A stretch of 64,000 bases of DNA from an uncultured Candidatus Entotheonella sp. (GTDB taxonomy: Bacteria; Tectomicrobia; Entotheonellia; Entotheonellales; Entotheonellaceae), in the NCBI GenBank assembly GCA_951828535.1, contig OX639990.1:109300-173299 (forward strand). The letters are read 5' to 3'. A model generated the notes under the pieces. The model saw nothing but the letters and a program-made list of their open reading frames with translations. It searched no databases and was not told where the DNA came from. The position numbers and the translations under genes are program-made. This document shows, piece after piece, positions 11,365 to 19,654 of the stretch. The stretch's first letter is position 1, and each line of letters starts with the position of its first letter.

Positions 11365-12753
11365 ATGCCGCGACGCCGCCAACGATCACGCATGACGACT
11401 GACCTGCCGTCTGTTGAGCCAATCGAGGGCACCCTGGAGATTACTCGCCTGGCGCACGGCGGACAAGGGATTGGACACCTCGCCGGGCTCGCCGTGTTCG
11501 TGCCGCGCACCCTGCCGGGCGACGTGGTTGATGTTCGTCTCACCGAGCGGCGCAAGCGCCACGCTTTTGCGGAACTGCTGGCATTGCGGGAGGCGTCGCC
11601 GCTGCGGGTGCCGGCGCCGTGCCCCCTGTACGAACGCTGCGGCGGCTGTCACCTGCAGCACCTCGGGTACGACGATCAACTGGCTAACAAGGCCCAACAG
11701 GTGCGCGATTGCCTGACGCGCATTGGCAAGTTGCCCGAAGTGCCCGTTCTGCCCATGTTGGCGAGTCCGCAACCGTTTGGGTACCGCAACAAGGCCCTTT
11801 ACCATTTCGACGCGGCCAGCAACGCCCTCGGGCTGATCGAACGCGGCAAATCCGCCGTGCTCGACGTGCCGCAGTGCCGCATCGGCGACGCACGAATCGA
11901 CGCGGTGATGGCGCGGGTGCGCGGTTTGGCGGGTCGGGAGCGGGCCTTGCGGCGTGTGTTGCATCAAGTCCAGGTGCAGGTGGGCCAGCGGATTGGGGAG
12001 GTGCTGGTAACGGTTATCGTGCGAGGTGAGATACCGGCGCAGGCGCAGCACCAACTTTGGGAAAGCCTGCGCGACCTGGCTGCCGGCTTACTGATGCACC
12101 GCAAGACGACAACGACGCCGGCCGTGTTCAACGGCATCACAACCCGCCTTGCCGGCAGCGCCGTCATCCACGAACGCATCGGCGACCTGCGGTTTGATAT
12201 CGAACCGCAAGCCTTTTTCCAGGTCAACAGCGCGCAGACCGAACGGTTGTATGGCTTGGTGCGCGCCGCCGCGCGACTGCAGCCTGATGACATTGTCTTC
12301 GACCTCTACAGCGGCGGCGGCTCTATCGCGTTGACCCTGGCGCCGCACTGTGCGGCGGTACATGCCGTCGAGATCAACCGCCAGGCAACGCTTCTCGCCA
12401 CCCGGCAGGCGGCTACGCTTGGCATCGCCAATTGCGAATTTCGCACCGGCAAGGTGGAGCGCATTTTGTACCGGTATCTGGCCCAAGGCATCCGCGCCCG
12501 CGTCGCCGTGCTCGACCCGCCGCGCGCCGGCTGCCGACCGCAAGCCCTTGAAGCCCTCGCCAAGATGCGCGTTCCGCGGCTCGCCTACGTCTCGTGCAGC
12601 CCCCCGACGCTCGCCCGCGACCTGCGCTTGCTGGCCGACCTCGGCTACCGTACCGAGAGCGTGCAGCCGCTGGACATGTTTCCGCAGACCTACCACGTTG
12701 AATGCCTGGCCACCCTCAGCCACACGGCAGCGCCCGGGCCGAACGAGGCGTGA
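11365..12753 (+). CDS. TRAM-domain 23S rRNA (uracil-5-)-methyltransferase, RumA/RlmD family
   Basis: It has a TRAM-like N-terminus (..GQGIGHLAGLAVFVPRTLPGDVVDV..), the Fe-S Cys cluster ..CPLYERCGGCHLQH.., a SAM-MTase region ..DLYSGGGSIAL.., and ..AYVSCSPPTLARD... Start is ambiguous (11365 or 11392). Confidence 0.85.
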   Translation: MPRRRQRSRMTTDLPSVEPIEGTLEITRLAHGGQGIGHLAGLAVFVPRTLPGDVVDVRLTERRKRHAFAELLALREASPLRVPAPCPLYERCGGCHLQHLGYDDQLANKAQQVRDCLTRIGKLPEVPVLPMLASPQPFGYRNKALYHFDAASNALGLIERGKSAVLDVPQCRIGDARIDAVMARVRGLAGRERALRRVLHQVQVQVGQRIGEVLVTVIVRGEIPAQAQHQLWESLRDLAAGLLMHRKTTTTPAVFNGITTRLAGSAVIHERIGDLRFDIEPQAFFQVNSAQTERLYGLVRAAARLQPDDIVFDLYSGGGSIALTLAPHCAAVHAVEINRQATLLATRQAATLGIANCEFRTGKVERILYRYLAQGIRARVAVLDPPRAGCRPQALEALAKMRVPRLAYVSCSPPTLARDLRLLADLGYRTESVQPLDMFPQTYHVECLATLSHTAAPGPNEA

Positions 12754-12833
12754 CGCTGTGCTACAATCCCGCCGCGTCGCAGCGGCTGCGTTGCGGCGTC
12801 GGATCCTACCCACAACCTCATAAGGAATACCGC

Positions 12834-13097
12834 ATGCGCGTATCACGGGAAGCCTTTCTGGCCCCCTGGCAAGCCGCCGATTATGCCGGGTTGAAGCTTG
12901 AGGCGATCTACGAAATGCTCGAATCGGGGGAGATTACCGGGGAGCAGACCGACGGACTCTGGCGCATCCGCAAGTCGGTGCTGGATGCCTGGCTGGACGC
13001 CGAGGTCGAGCCGGAAGAGTTGGAGCGATTGACCACCAAGATGAGCCGCCTGACGGAAGAACAGGCGAAACAGGTACTGGAGCAGGCCCAAAGCTAG
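12834..13097 (+). CDS. Small excisionase/MerR-like (HTH_17-type) DNA-binding protein with acidic coiled tail
   Basis: The sequence ..AADYAGLKLEAIYEMLESGEITGEQTDGLWRIRKSVLDAWL.. fits the HTH_17 pattern. An AAGGAA RBS lies 6 nt upstream of the ATG at 12834. Confidence 0.6.
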   Translation: MRVSREAFLAPWQAADYAGLKLEAIYEMLESGEITGEQTDGLWRIRKSVLDAWLDAEVEPEELERLTTKMSRLTEEQAKQVLEQAQS

Positions 13098-13118
13098 CGG
13101 CCGGGAAGGAAACCATCC

Positions 13119-13982
13119 ATGTTGCTGTCCGAACGCCGCGAATGTTATCGGCGGGTATTGGCGGGGAACGCCTGTGTCTACCCGGCTTCGGTATTCGATC
13201 CCATGTCGGCCCGTATGGCCGAATCGCTCGGCTATGACGTGGGCATGCTGGCGGGCTCCATCGCCTCGGCCACGGTGCTGGGTGCGCCGGACCTCGTGGT
13301 GCTCACCCTGACCGAGTTCGCCGAGCAAATCCGCCGCATCACGCGCGCCGGCTCGCTCAGCCTGATGGTCGACGCCGATCACGGCTACGGAAACGCCCTG
13401 AACGTTATGCGCACGGTCGAGGAGCTGGAAACGGCTGGCGTGGCGGCGCTGACGATCGAGGACACCCTGCTGCCGACCGCGTTTGGCGGCGAGGGGGAGG
13501 GGCTGATCAGCATCCCGGAGATGCTTGGCAAGCTGCGGGCGGCGGTGGCGGCGCGCCAGGATCCGTCGCTGGTCGTCATCGGCCGCACCAGCGCCCTGCG
13601 CCACGGCGGCATTGACGAAGCCGTCCGCCGCTTGCAAGCCTATCAGGCCACCGGCGTCGACGCCTTTTTCATCGTCGGCGCCCGCGACCGCGCCGAAATC
13701 GAAGCCATTCACGCCGCCACGTCCCTGCCGCTAATGCTGGGCGGCAGCCCGGCGGCGCTGTGGTCCGACCTGCCTTTCCTGAACGCCCACCGCGTGCGCA
13801 TCGCCCTGCAAGGCCATGCCCCATTCTACGCCGCCGCGCAGGCGGTGTACGACGTGCTCAAGCACCTCAAGGCCGGCGGCGCCCCCGCCGATCTTAAGAC
13901 CCCGGTCGCCGCCGGCGACGTGCTGGCGACGGCGCTCCGGCAGGATGCCTATGCCGGCTGGCAGGATTCGTATTTGCGTTAG
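13119..13982 (+). CDS. PEP mutase/isocitrate lyase superfamily protein (oxaloacetate decarboxylase / methylisocitrate lyase-like)
   Basis: 287 aa with ..ASVFDPMSARMAESLGYD.. and ..LMVDADHGYGNALNVMRTVEELETAGVAALTIEDT... Confidence 0.8.
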   Translation: MLLSERRECYRRVLAGNACVYPASVFDPMSARMAESLGYDVGMLAGSIASATVLGAPDLVVLTLTEFAEQIRRITRAGSLSLMVDADHGYGNALNVMRTVEELETAGVAALTIEDTLLPTAFGGEGEGLISIPEMLGKLRAAVAARQDPSLVVIGRTSALRHGGIDEAVRRLQAYQATGVDAFFIVGARDRAEIEAIHAATSLPLMLGGSPAALWSDLPFLNAHRVRIALQGHAPFYAAAQAVYDVLKHLKAGGAPADLKTPVAAGDVLATALRQDAYAGWQDSYLR

Positions 13983-14052
13983 GGCAAGGCTGACACAAGT
14001 CGCGGTCAGCCCTGCGCGTAGGGATTTTGTGCCGGAGGCCTGCGGAAGGTCC

Positions 14053-14602
14053 CACCATCTGACGTGGGAACCGGGGGATCTGGGAGACTGAGGGAGATGC
14101 AAACAGCGGACAGTCGCGGAATGGGAGGTCGGTGGGCAAGAAGCGTCGTATCCGCCGCCGGAAGTTGCTGGAGATAATGGAACGGCTCATGCCGCAGCAG
14201 CGTCCCGATGCCCTATCGCCAAGTAGGACGTGGGTGGACGCCCTGTGACCTCGCCGTCATGCTTCTCGCCCAGCGTCAATCGAAAGCCCCTTTGGCGTCG
14301 CCGCAGAGGGCTTCCTATCAGACGTCCAGGGCCTCAGGCGGTTCGTGAGGGGTGGAGTGAGCGGAGTGAAGCCGCAACCCGTGGGCCTCTCGGAAGCCGC
14401 CTGCACGAGCCAGCGGCGGCGTCACCGAATGGGCTTCTCTGAGCGCGCTCCAAGCCGGTAGCAGGAAGGGGGTGTGCACGCTGCAGCCGGCTCGGCGCTG
14501 TCGCCTCAAGCAGGGCATTGGGGAGGCTGGGGGGAACCCCGCTTGGCCCGGCGCCGTGCAAGCGGGCCCATGCAGGCGCCGGAGGCCCCCCGCTGGCCCA
14601 CG
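14053..14602. repeat. Conserved non-coding module, copy 1 (orphan A segment + X + B), 3' of fibre gene 1
   Basis: Shares the segment CACCATCTGACGTGGAACCGGGGG..GGGAG..AGGGAGATGCAA..CGGAATGGGA with 16036.., 17185.. and 18783... Shares the B core CTTCCTATCAGACGTCCAG (14311-14329) with 16158-16176 and 17437-17455. No ORF is conserved between copies. Confidence 0.75.
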
Positions 14603-15940
14603 TCAATTGGACTGGAATAGCCCACCGGCCCTCCAGTTGGACGGCTGTCCAGCCAGACGGTTTTCGCCGCCGCTCACGCTGGCAGCCCAGCCGCCGGCCT
14701 CGTTGTCCCGACCGCCGCTGACGCTGGAAGCCCAGCCTCTGGCCTTGTTGTCCCGACCGCCGCTGACGCTGGAAGCAATTGAGCTGGCCTCATTGTATCT
14801 GCCGCCGCTAACGCTCGCAAAATTCCCACTGGCCTCGTTGTATCTGCCGCCGCTGACGCTGGCAAAAGTACCGCTGGCGTCATTGTACTGACCGCCGCCA
14901 ACGCTGGCCCGAGAGCCGCTGGCCGTGTTGCTGCCGCCGCCGCTGACGCTGGTATACTCCCCGCTGGCCTCATTGTTTTTGCCGCCGCTGACGCTGGCAT
15001 AAGCGCCGCTGGCCTTGTTGCCAAAACCGCCGCTGACACTGGCTTGAGAGCCGCTGGCCTCATTGTTCCGACCGCCGCTGATGCTGGCATTACTACTGTT
15101 GGCCGTGTTGTTGGAACCGCCGCTGACGCTGGTACTACTGCCGCTGGCGGTATTGCTGCTGCCGCCGCTGACGCTGGCATAATCGCCGCTGGCCTCGTTG
15201 CTTTCACCGCCGCTGACGCTGGCATAAGTGCCGCTGGCCTTGTTGGAGTCACCGCCGCTGACGCTGGCAAACTCCCCGCTGGCCTCGTTGCTGGAACCGC
15301 CGCTGACGCTGGCCCAAGAGTGGCTGGCCTCGTTGCTGGCACCGCCGCTGACGGTGGCAGTATCGCCGCTGGCCTTGTTGACGGAACCGCCGCTGACGCT
15401 GGAATAATGGCCGCTGGCTTCGTTGTTAAAACCGCCGCTGACGCTGGCATACGATCCGCTCACGATGTTGTTGTAGCCCGCCACCAAGCCGCCATAACTC
15501 GAATAGCTGTGCAGCGAACCAATCACCACATTATGCGAGCCCTCGCGAGCAGAGGAGCCACTACTGTCACTCTCATTGTAGCCAATGATCAGATTGCCGA
15601 CGCCGTTGCTGCTTTCAGTGTTTCCCTGGCCGTTTTGCACGTGCACGTTGCAGCCCGTAAAGATGACATCGTCGACCGAGCCCGCTCCCGACGCCGTGGT
15701 CATGCAGTCGGGCATGCCTGCTGCCGCGCCGTTAATCAGGCTTTGCAGCGTAGCATCCTGGGCTTGCAGCGCGCCAATTTGGGCCTGCAGCGTATTATTC
15801 TGGGCTTGTAGTGCGCCCATCTGGGCCTGCAACGCGTTAATCTGGGCTTGCAACTGGCTATGGGTCTGCGCCGCCGCTGGCAGGGCGGCGAGACCACCGC
15901 ACACCAACGCCAATGCCAGGGTCTTCATGAGTCGGGTCAT
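14603..15940 (-). CDS. Secreted repeat protein 1: signal peptide + LQAQ heptad coiled coil + Cys-containing domain + 18 x 14-aa SVSGGxxNxASGxx repeats (YadA-head/Hep_Hag-like)
   Basis: The N-terminus MTRLMKTLALALVCGGLAALPAAAQ is a signal peptide. It is followed by LQAQINALQAQMGALQAQNNTLQAQIGALQAQ and then ..DCMTTASGAGSVDDVIFTGCNVHVQNG..NLIIGYNE... Next come 18 tandem 14-residue repeats, and the protein ends ..NWRAGGLFQSN. A GGAG RBS precedes the ATG at 15940. Confidence 0.8.
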   Translation of the reverse strand: MTRLMKTLALALVCGGLAALPAAAQTHSQLQAQINALQAQMGALQAQNNTLQAQIGALQAQDATLQSLINGAAAGMPDCMTTASGAGSVDDVIFTGCNVHVQNGQGNTESSNGVGNLIIGYNESDSSGSSAREGSHNVVIGSLHSYSSYGGLVAGYNNIVSGSYASVSGGFNNEASGHYSSVSGGSVNKASGDTATVSGGASNEASHSWASVSGGSSNEASGEFASVSGGDSNKASGTYASVSGGESNEASGDYASVSGGSSNTASGSSTSVSGGSNNTANSSNASISGGRNNEASGSQASVSGGFGNKASGAYASVSGGKNNEASGEYTSVSGGGSNTASGSRASVGGGQYNDASGTFASVSGGRYNEASGNFASVSGGRYNEASSIASSVSGGRDNKARGWASSVSGGRDNEAGGWAASVSGGENRLAGQPSNWRAGGLFQSN

Positions 15941-16403
15941 GCTCAACTCCTTCACAGGGTCGTGTTTGTGTTGGTCTTACGAATTGGAGGCCGTGCATTA
16001 TAGAGGTAAGGTCTGATCAAGGACACCGGGGGTGTCACCATCTGGCGTTGAACCGGGGGGTTTGGGAGGATCAGGGAGATACAACAGCGGGCAGTCGCGG
16101 AATGGGAAGACGACGGCGAGCGCCAATCGAAAGCTCCTTCGGCGTCGCCGCGTGGGGCTTCCTATCAGACGTCCAGGGTCTCAGGCGGCTCTTGAGGGGT
16201 GTAGCAAGCGCCGTGAAGCCCAGCCCCCGTGGGGCCTCTCGGAAGCCGCCTGTTCGAACGGCCGGATTCGTCCCTGCATGGGCTTCTCTGGCCGCCCCGG
16301 AGCCGGCTGCAGGGGACGGGAGGTGTACCGCTGCAGCCGGCTCGGCGCTGTCGCCTCGAGCAGGGCATTGTTGGGGAGGCCGGCGGGAACCGCTTGGCCC
16401 ACG
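15941..16403. repeat. Conserved non-coding module, copy 2 (5'UTR/promoter of gene 1 + A + B; lacks the ~125-nt X segment)
   Basis: Aligns with 14053-14602 and 17091-17622. Relative to the other copies, the segment between ..GGAATGGGAAGACGACGG and CGAGCGCCAATCGAAAG.. is deleted. Confidence 0.75.
15997..16020 (-). promoter_or_regulatory. Candidate promoter of fibre gene 1 (conserved TATAAT)
   Basis: The minus strand reads CCTTGATCAGACCTTACCTCTATAATGCACGG. TATAAT is conserved before all three paralogues, about 55 nt upstream of the ATG. The -35 is poor (TTGATC at only 12-nt spacing). Confidence 0.4.
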
Positions 16404-17090
16404 TTACTTGGTCTGGAAGAGCCCGCCGGCCTTCCAGTCGTGCTTCCCGGAAGCCGTCCGGTTACGGCCGCCGCTGACGCTGGCAGCAAAGCCGCTGGCC
16501 GTGTTGAGTTCACCGCCGCTGACGTTGGCATACCTGTGGCTGGCCTCGTTGAGTTTGCCGCCGCTAACGCTGGCAGCAAAGTCGCTACCCTCGTTGTTAA
16601 AACCGCCGCTGACGCTGGCAAAATCGCCGCTGGCCTCATTGTCTTTGCCGCCGCTGACGCTGGCAAAATGGCCGCTCACCGTATTGCCCCAACCCGCCAC
16701 CAGACCGCCATAACTCAAATAGCTGTGCTGAGGGCCAATCACCACATTATGCGAGCCAACGCGGACGGGGAAGTCGGCAAGAATCTCATTGTAGCCAATG
16801 ATCAGATTGCCGACGCTGTTGCTGCTATCGGTTTCTCCCTGGCCGTTGCGCACGTGCACGTTGCAGCCCGTAAAGATGACATCGTCGACCGAACCCGCTC
16901 CCGAAGCCGTCGTCATGCAGGCCGGCAGTCCCGATGCCACGACGGGACTCCAGCTTTGCAGGGCGGTAATCTGGGCTTGTAGCGCGTCAATCTGGTCTTG
17001 CAACTCCTTCGGGGTCTGTGCCGTCGCTGGCAGGGCAGCAAGCCCACCGCACACCATCGTCAATACCAAGGTCTTCATGAGTCGGGACAT
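16404..17090 (-). CDS. Secreted repeat protein 2 (paralogue; 5 x 14-aa repeats)
   Basis: Signal peptide MSRLMKTLVLTMVCGGLAALPATAQ is followed by a short LQDQIDALQAQITALQ coil, ..ACMTTASGAGSVDDVIFTGCNVHVRNG.. and 5 SVSGGxxNxASG repeats. The protein ends ..HDWKAGGLFQTK. Confidence 0.8.
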   Translation of the reverse strand: MSRLMKTLVLTMVCGGLAALPATAQTPKELQDQIDALQAQITALQSWSPVVASGLPACMTTASGAGSVDDVIFTGCNVHVRNGQGETDSSNSVGNLIIGYNEILADFPVRVGSHNVVIGPQHSYLSYGGLVAGWGNTVSGHFASVSGGKDNEASGDFASVSGGFNNEGSDFAASVSGGKLNEASHRYANVSGGELNTASGFAASVSGGRNRTASGKHDWKAGGLFQTK

Positions 17091-17622
17091 GATCAGCTCC
17101 TTCACACACAGGATTTGGCTTGGCAGTACGAATGGGAAGCCAGGCATTATAGAGGTAAGTTCTGATCAAGGACACCAGCGGCGTCACCATCTGACATGGA
17201 ACCGGGGGGTTTGGGAGGATCAGGGAGATGCAATAACAGATAGTCTCGGAATGGGAAGACAACGGTAAGAACCACCGCACCCACCGCTGGAAGTTGCAGA
17301 CAATGGAATGGCTCATGCCGCGGCCGCGGCCGGATGCTCTATCGCCGAGCGGGGCGTGGCTGGACGCCCAGTGACCTCGCCGTCATGCTTCTCGTCGAGC
17401 GCCAATCGAGAGCCCCTTCGTTGTCGCTGCAGAGGCCTTCCTATCAGACGTCCAGAGCCTCAGGCGGCTCGTGAGGGGTGGAGCCCCCACTCGTGGGCCT
17501 CTCGGACGCCGTCTACACGAGCGGGCGGAGTTGTCACCGTATGGGCTTCTGTGAGCGCGCCCGAAGCCGCTTGCAGGGACGGGGGTGTGCCGATGCAGCC
17601 GCCCGAAACCTGTTGGCCTACC
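17091..17622. repeat. Conserved non-coding module, copy 3 (5'UTR/promoter of gene 2 + A + X + B)
   Basis: Aligns with 14053-14602 throughout, with indels that are not multiples of 3 (for example 74 vs 70 nt between GGAATGGGA and CTCATG). It has a shorter internal loop in the B hairpin region. Confidence 0.75.
17146..17170 (-). promoter_or_regulatory. Candidate promoter of fibre gene 2 (conserved TATAAT)
   Basis: The reverse complement of 17146-17151 is TATAAT, in the same context (CTTGATCAGAACTTACCTCTATAATGCC) as the other two genes. Confidence 0.4.
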
Positions 17623-18687
17623 CTAGTTGCTCTGAGAGAGCCCGCCGGCCCGCCAGTTGTGCAAGCCGGAAGCCGTCCGGTCAGAGCCGCCGCTGACGCT
17701 GGCCCGATCGCCGCTGGCCTCGTTCATATAACCGCCGCTGACGCTGGCAGCAACGCCGCTGGCCGTGTTGTTTTTGCCGCCGCTGACGCTGGCAAACGCC
17801 TCGCTCACCGTATTGCTATAGCCGGCCACCAAACCCCCATAACTCGAATAGCTGTGGTCAGAACCGATCACCACATTATGCGAGCCATTGCGGACCAGGG
17901 AGCCAACATGCTCATTGTAGCCAATGATCAGATTGCCCAGGCCGTTGTTGCTATCGGTGCTTCCATGGCCGTTTTGCACGTGCACGTCGCAACCCGTAAA
18001 GATGACATCGTCGACCGCACCGGCACCCGGAGCCGTGGTCATGCAGTCCGGAACCGCAGGTAAAATGGCAAAATCGCCGCTGGCCGTGTTGTCCTGACCG
18101 CCGCTGACGCTGGCAGCATAGCCGCTGGCCACGTTATAGCTACCGCCACTGACGCTGGCAGTCCAGCCACTTGCTTTGTTGAACTGGCCGCCGCTGACGC
18201 TGGAATATTCCCCGCTCACCGTATTACCCCAGCCCGTCACCAAACCGCCATAACTCGAATAGCTGTGCCCAGGACCGATCACTACATTATGCGAGCCGCT
18301 GCGGGCGGGGGAGCCACTGCCCCCAATTTCATTGTAGCCAATGATCAGGTTACCCACGCCGTTGCTGCTATCGGTGCCTCCATGGCCGTTTTGCACGTGT
18401 ACGTTGCAGCCCTTAAAAATGACATCGTCGACCGCACCGGCACCCAAAGCCGTGGTCATGCAGTCGGGAATGTCCGCTGCCACGCCGTTAATCAGGCTTT
18501 GCAGCGTCGCCATCTGGGCCATGTGGGCTTGTTGCAGCGTGGCCATCTGTCCTTGTAGCGCGCCCATCTGGGCTTGCAACGCGTTAATCTGGGCTTGCAG
18601 TTGGCTATGGGTCTGCGCCGTAGCTGGCAAAGCGGCGAGCCCGCTGCACAGCATCGCCAATACCAGGGTCTTCATGAGTCGTGTCAT
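17623..18687 (-). CDS. Secreted repeat protein 3 (paralogue; duplicated head module, 3 + 3 repeats)
   Basis: It has signal peptide MTRLMKTLVLAMLCSGLAALPATAQ and an LQAQ coiled coil. The ..DCMTTA.GAGAVDDVIF.GC.VHVQNGHG..NLIIGYNE.. module occurs twice, each time followed by 3 SVSGGxxNxASG repeats. The protein ends ..HNWRAGGLSQSN. Confidence 0.8.
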   Translation of the reverse strand: MTRLMKTLVLAMLCSGLAALPATAQTHSQLQAQINALQAQMGALQGQMATLQQAHMAQMATLQSLINGVAADIPDCMTTALGAGAVDDVIFKGCNVHVQNGHGGTDSSNGVGNLIIGYNEIGGSGSPARSGSHNVVIGPGHSYSSYGGLVTGWGNTVSGEYSSVSGGQFNKASGWTASVSGGSYNVASGYAASVSGGQDNTASGDFAILPAVPDCMTTAPGAGAVDDVIFTGCDVHVQNGHGSTDSNNGLGNLIIGYNEHVGSLVRNGSHNVVIGSDHSYSSYGGLVAGYSNTVSEAFASVSGGKNNTASGVAASVSGGYMNEASGDRASVSGGSDRTASGLHNWRAGGLSQSN

Positions 18688-18854
18688 GCTCAACTCCTTC
18701 ACAGGGTCGTGTCTATGTTGATCATACGAATGGGAGGCCGTGGATTATAGAGGCAAGGTCTGATCAAGGACATCAGCGGCGTCACCATCTGACGTTGAAC
18801 CGGGGGGTTTGGGAGGCTCAGGGAGATGCAACAGCGGCCAGCCGCGGAATGGGA
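18688..18854. repeat. Conserved non-coding module, copy 4 (5'UTR/promoter of gene 3 + truncated A)
   Basis: Same sequence as 15941-16100 and 17091-17260. Homology ends after GGAATGGGA at 18854. Confidence 0.7.
18744..18768 (-). promoter_or_regulatory. Candidate promoter of fibre gene 3 (conserved TATAAT)
   Basis: The reverse complement of 18744-18749 is TATAAT, in the same context as genes 1 and 2. Confidence 0.4.
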
Positions 18855-18958
18855 ATCCCCCATGGCCCTCGTTCAGGCGGGAGTATCAAAACTGTGGGGC
18901 AATCAGGCATCGCGTGGTTCAGCTTCCGCTGCCCTATCTCCGGTTTTGGCATTCCCTC

Positions 18959-19654
18959 CTAAAACGGCACCCCAACCGTCCGCGACAGGAAGCGGACGAA
19001 CGCAGCGCCGCTCCGCGCGATATGGGCAAAGCGCCGGAGGAAATCGGGTCGGATGGCGTCGGCTTCTCGGAACACCGTTCCCGCGATGAAGTCCTTGCGC
19101 TTCAAGTCGTCGATCAAGGGATGGGCGTCGTCGTAACCCCGCGGTGGGCGCTTCAGGGACTGACCCATCAGCTTGAATGTTTCGCGGAAGGCTTTCGCCT
19201 GGGTGATACGCGTCCAGTCGGCGGGGTTCTCAACGATGGCATTGCGGATACTGGCCAATGCCTCGCCGTCCGGATGCCAGATGCCGCAGGCGGCAAAACA
19301 CGAGTCCGGCTCCAGGTGGAGATAGAAGCCGGGGGCGTGCGCGTCCTTGCCTGCGACGTGGCGGAAATGAGCCCCGGCGTTGGTCTTGTACGGTGTTTTG
19401 TCGGGGGAGAAGCGGGTGTCGCGGTAGATTCTGAAGAGCGAGCCGCCGTTGGCTCGCGGGTCGGCAACGAAGTGCGGGCTCATGTCAGCGAGCGGCTCCG
19501 CGAAGGCGGCGATGAAATCGAGCATCGGGTCGCGCACGTCAGCGTGGTAACGTGCCTTGTTGGCCTCGAACCACGAGCGCTCGTTGTTGGCCTTTAAGTC
19601 ACGCAGGAAGTCAAAGAATGCCGGTTTGAATCGTGGCGCCGTCATGCTTGTCAA
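18959..19654 (-). CDS. DUF2461 (TIGR02453) family protein
   Basis: It has ..FFDFLRDLKANNERSWFEANKARYHADVRDP.. and ..GGSLFRIYRDTRFSPDKTPYKTNAGAHF..GFYLHLEP... Its start overlaps the mlaC stop (ATGA). Confidence 0.8.
   Translation of the reverse strand: MTSMTAPRFKPAFFDFLRDLKANNERSWFEANKARYHADVRDPMLDFIAAFAEPLADMSPHFVADPRANGGSLFRIYRDTRFSPDKTPYKTNAGAHFRHVAGKDAHAPGFYLHLEPDSCFAACGIWHPDGEALASIRNAIVENPADWTRITQAKAFRETFKLMGQSLKRPPRGYDDAHPLIDDLKRKDFIAGTVFREADAIRPDFLRRFAHIARSGAAFVRFLSRTVGVPF

Noticed and set aside
13988-14030. Weak hairpin (GGCTGAC-n10-GTCAGCC) after the PEP-mutase-family gene, as a terminator
   Set aside because: The stem is only 7 bp and the nearest T-run (ATTTTGT) is ~15 nt away, which is not convincing.
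14100-14260. Possible small ORF or ECF-sigma-like C-terminal remnant on the plus strand of segments A-X (..SVGKKRRIRRRKLLEIMERLMPQQRPDALSPSRTWVDAL* versus ..KNHRTHRWKLQTMEWLMPRPRPDALSPSGAWLDAQ* at 17264-17375)
   Set aside because: There is no start codon or RBS. The two copies differ by a 4-nt length change upstream, so the frame is not preserved. The segment is entirely absent from copy 2. The minus-strand 'MSRSII../MSHSIV..' ORFs fail for the same frame-shift reason.
14650-15440. Possible CRISPR array or non-coding minisatellite, suggested by regular 42-bp periodicity
   Set aside because: There is no repeat/unique-spacer alternation, since every unit is a variant of the same sequence. The periodicity is in frame within a long ORF that has a signal peptide. 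No cas genes are present.
14472-18063. Long plus-strand ORFs across the fibre-gene array (14472..14891, 15044..15811, 16032..16982, 17308..18063) with PLTLA/AADAG-type repeats
   Set aside because: They are mirror images of the 42-bp coding repeats on the minus strand. They have no signal peptides, RBSs or conserved ends, and they run through the non-coding modules.
14053-18854. Diversity-generating retroelement (template/variable repeat), integron cassette array or retron as explanations for the conserved intergenic modules
   Set aside because: The window contains no reverse transcriptase, no integrase and no attC-like symmetric sites. Differences between copies are not adenine-specific. Each gene has its own conserved promoter-like region, unlike promoterless cassettes.
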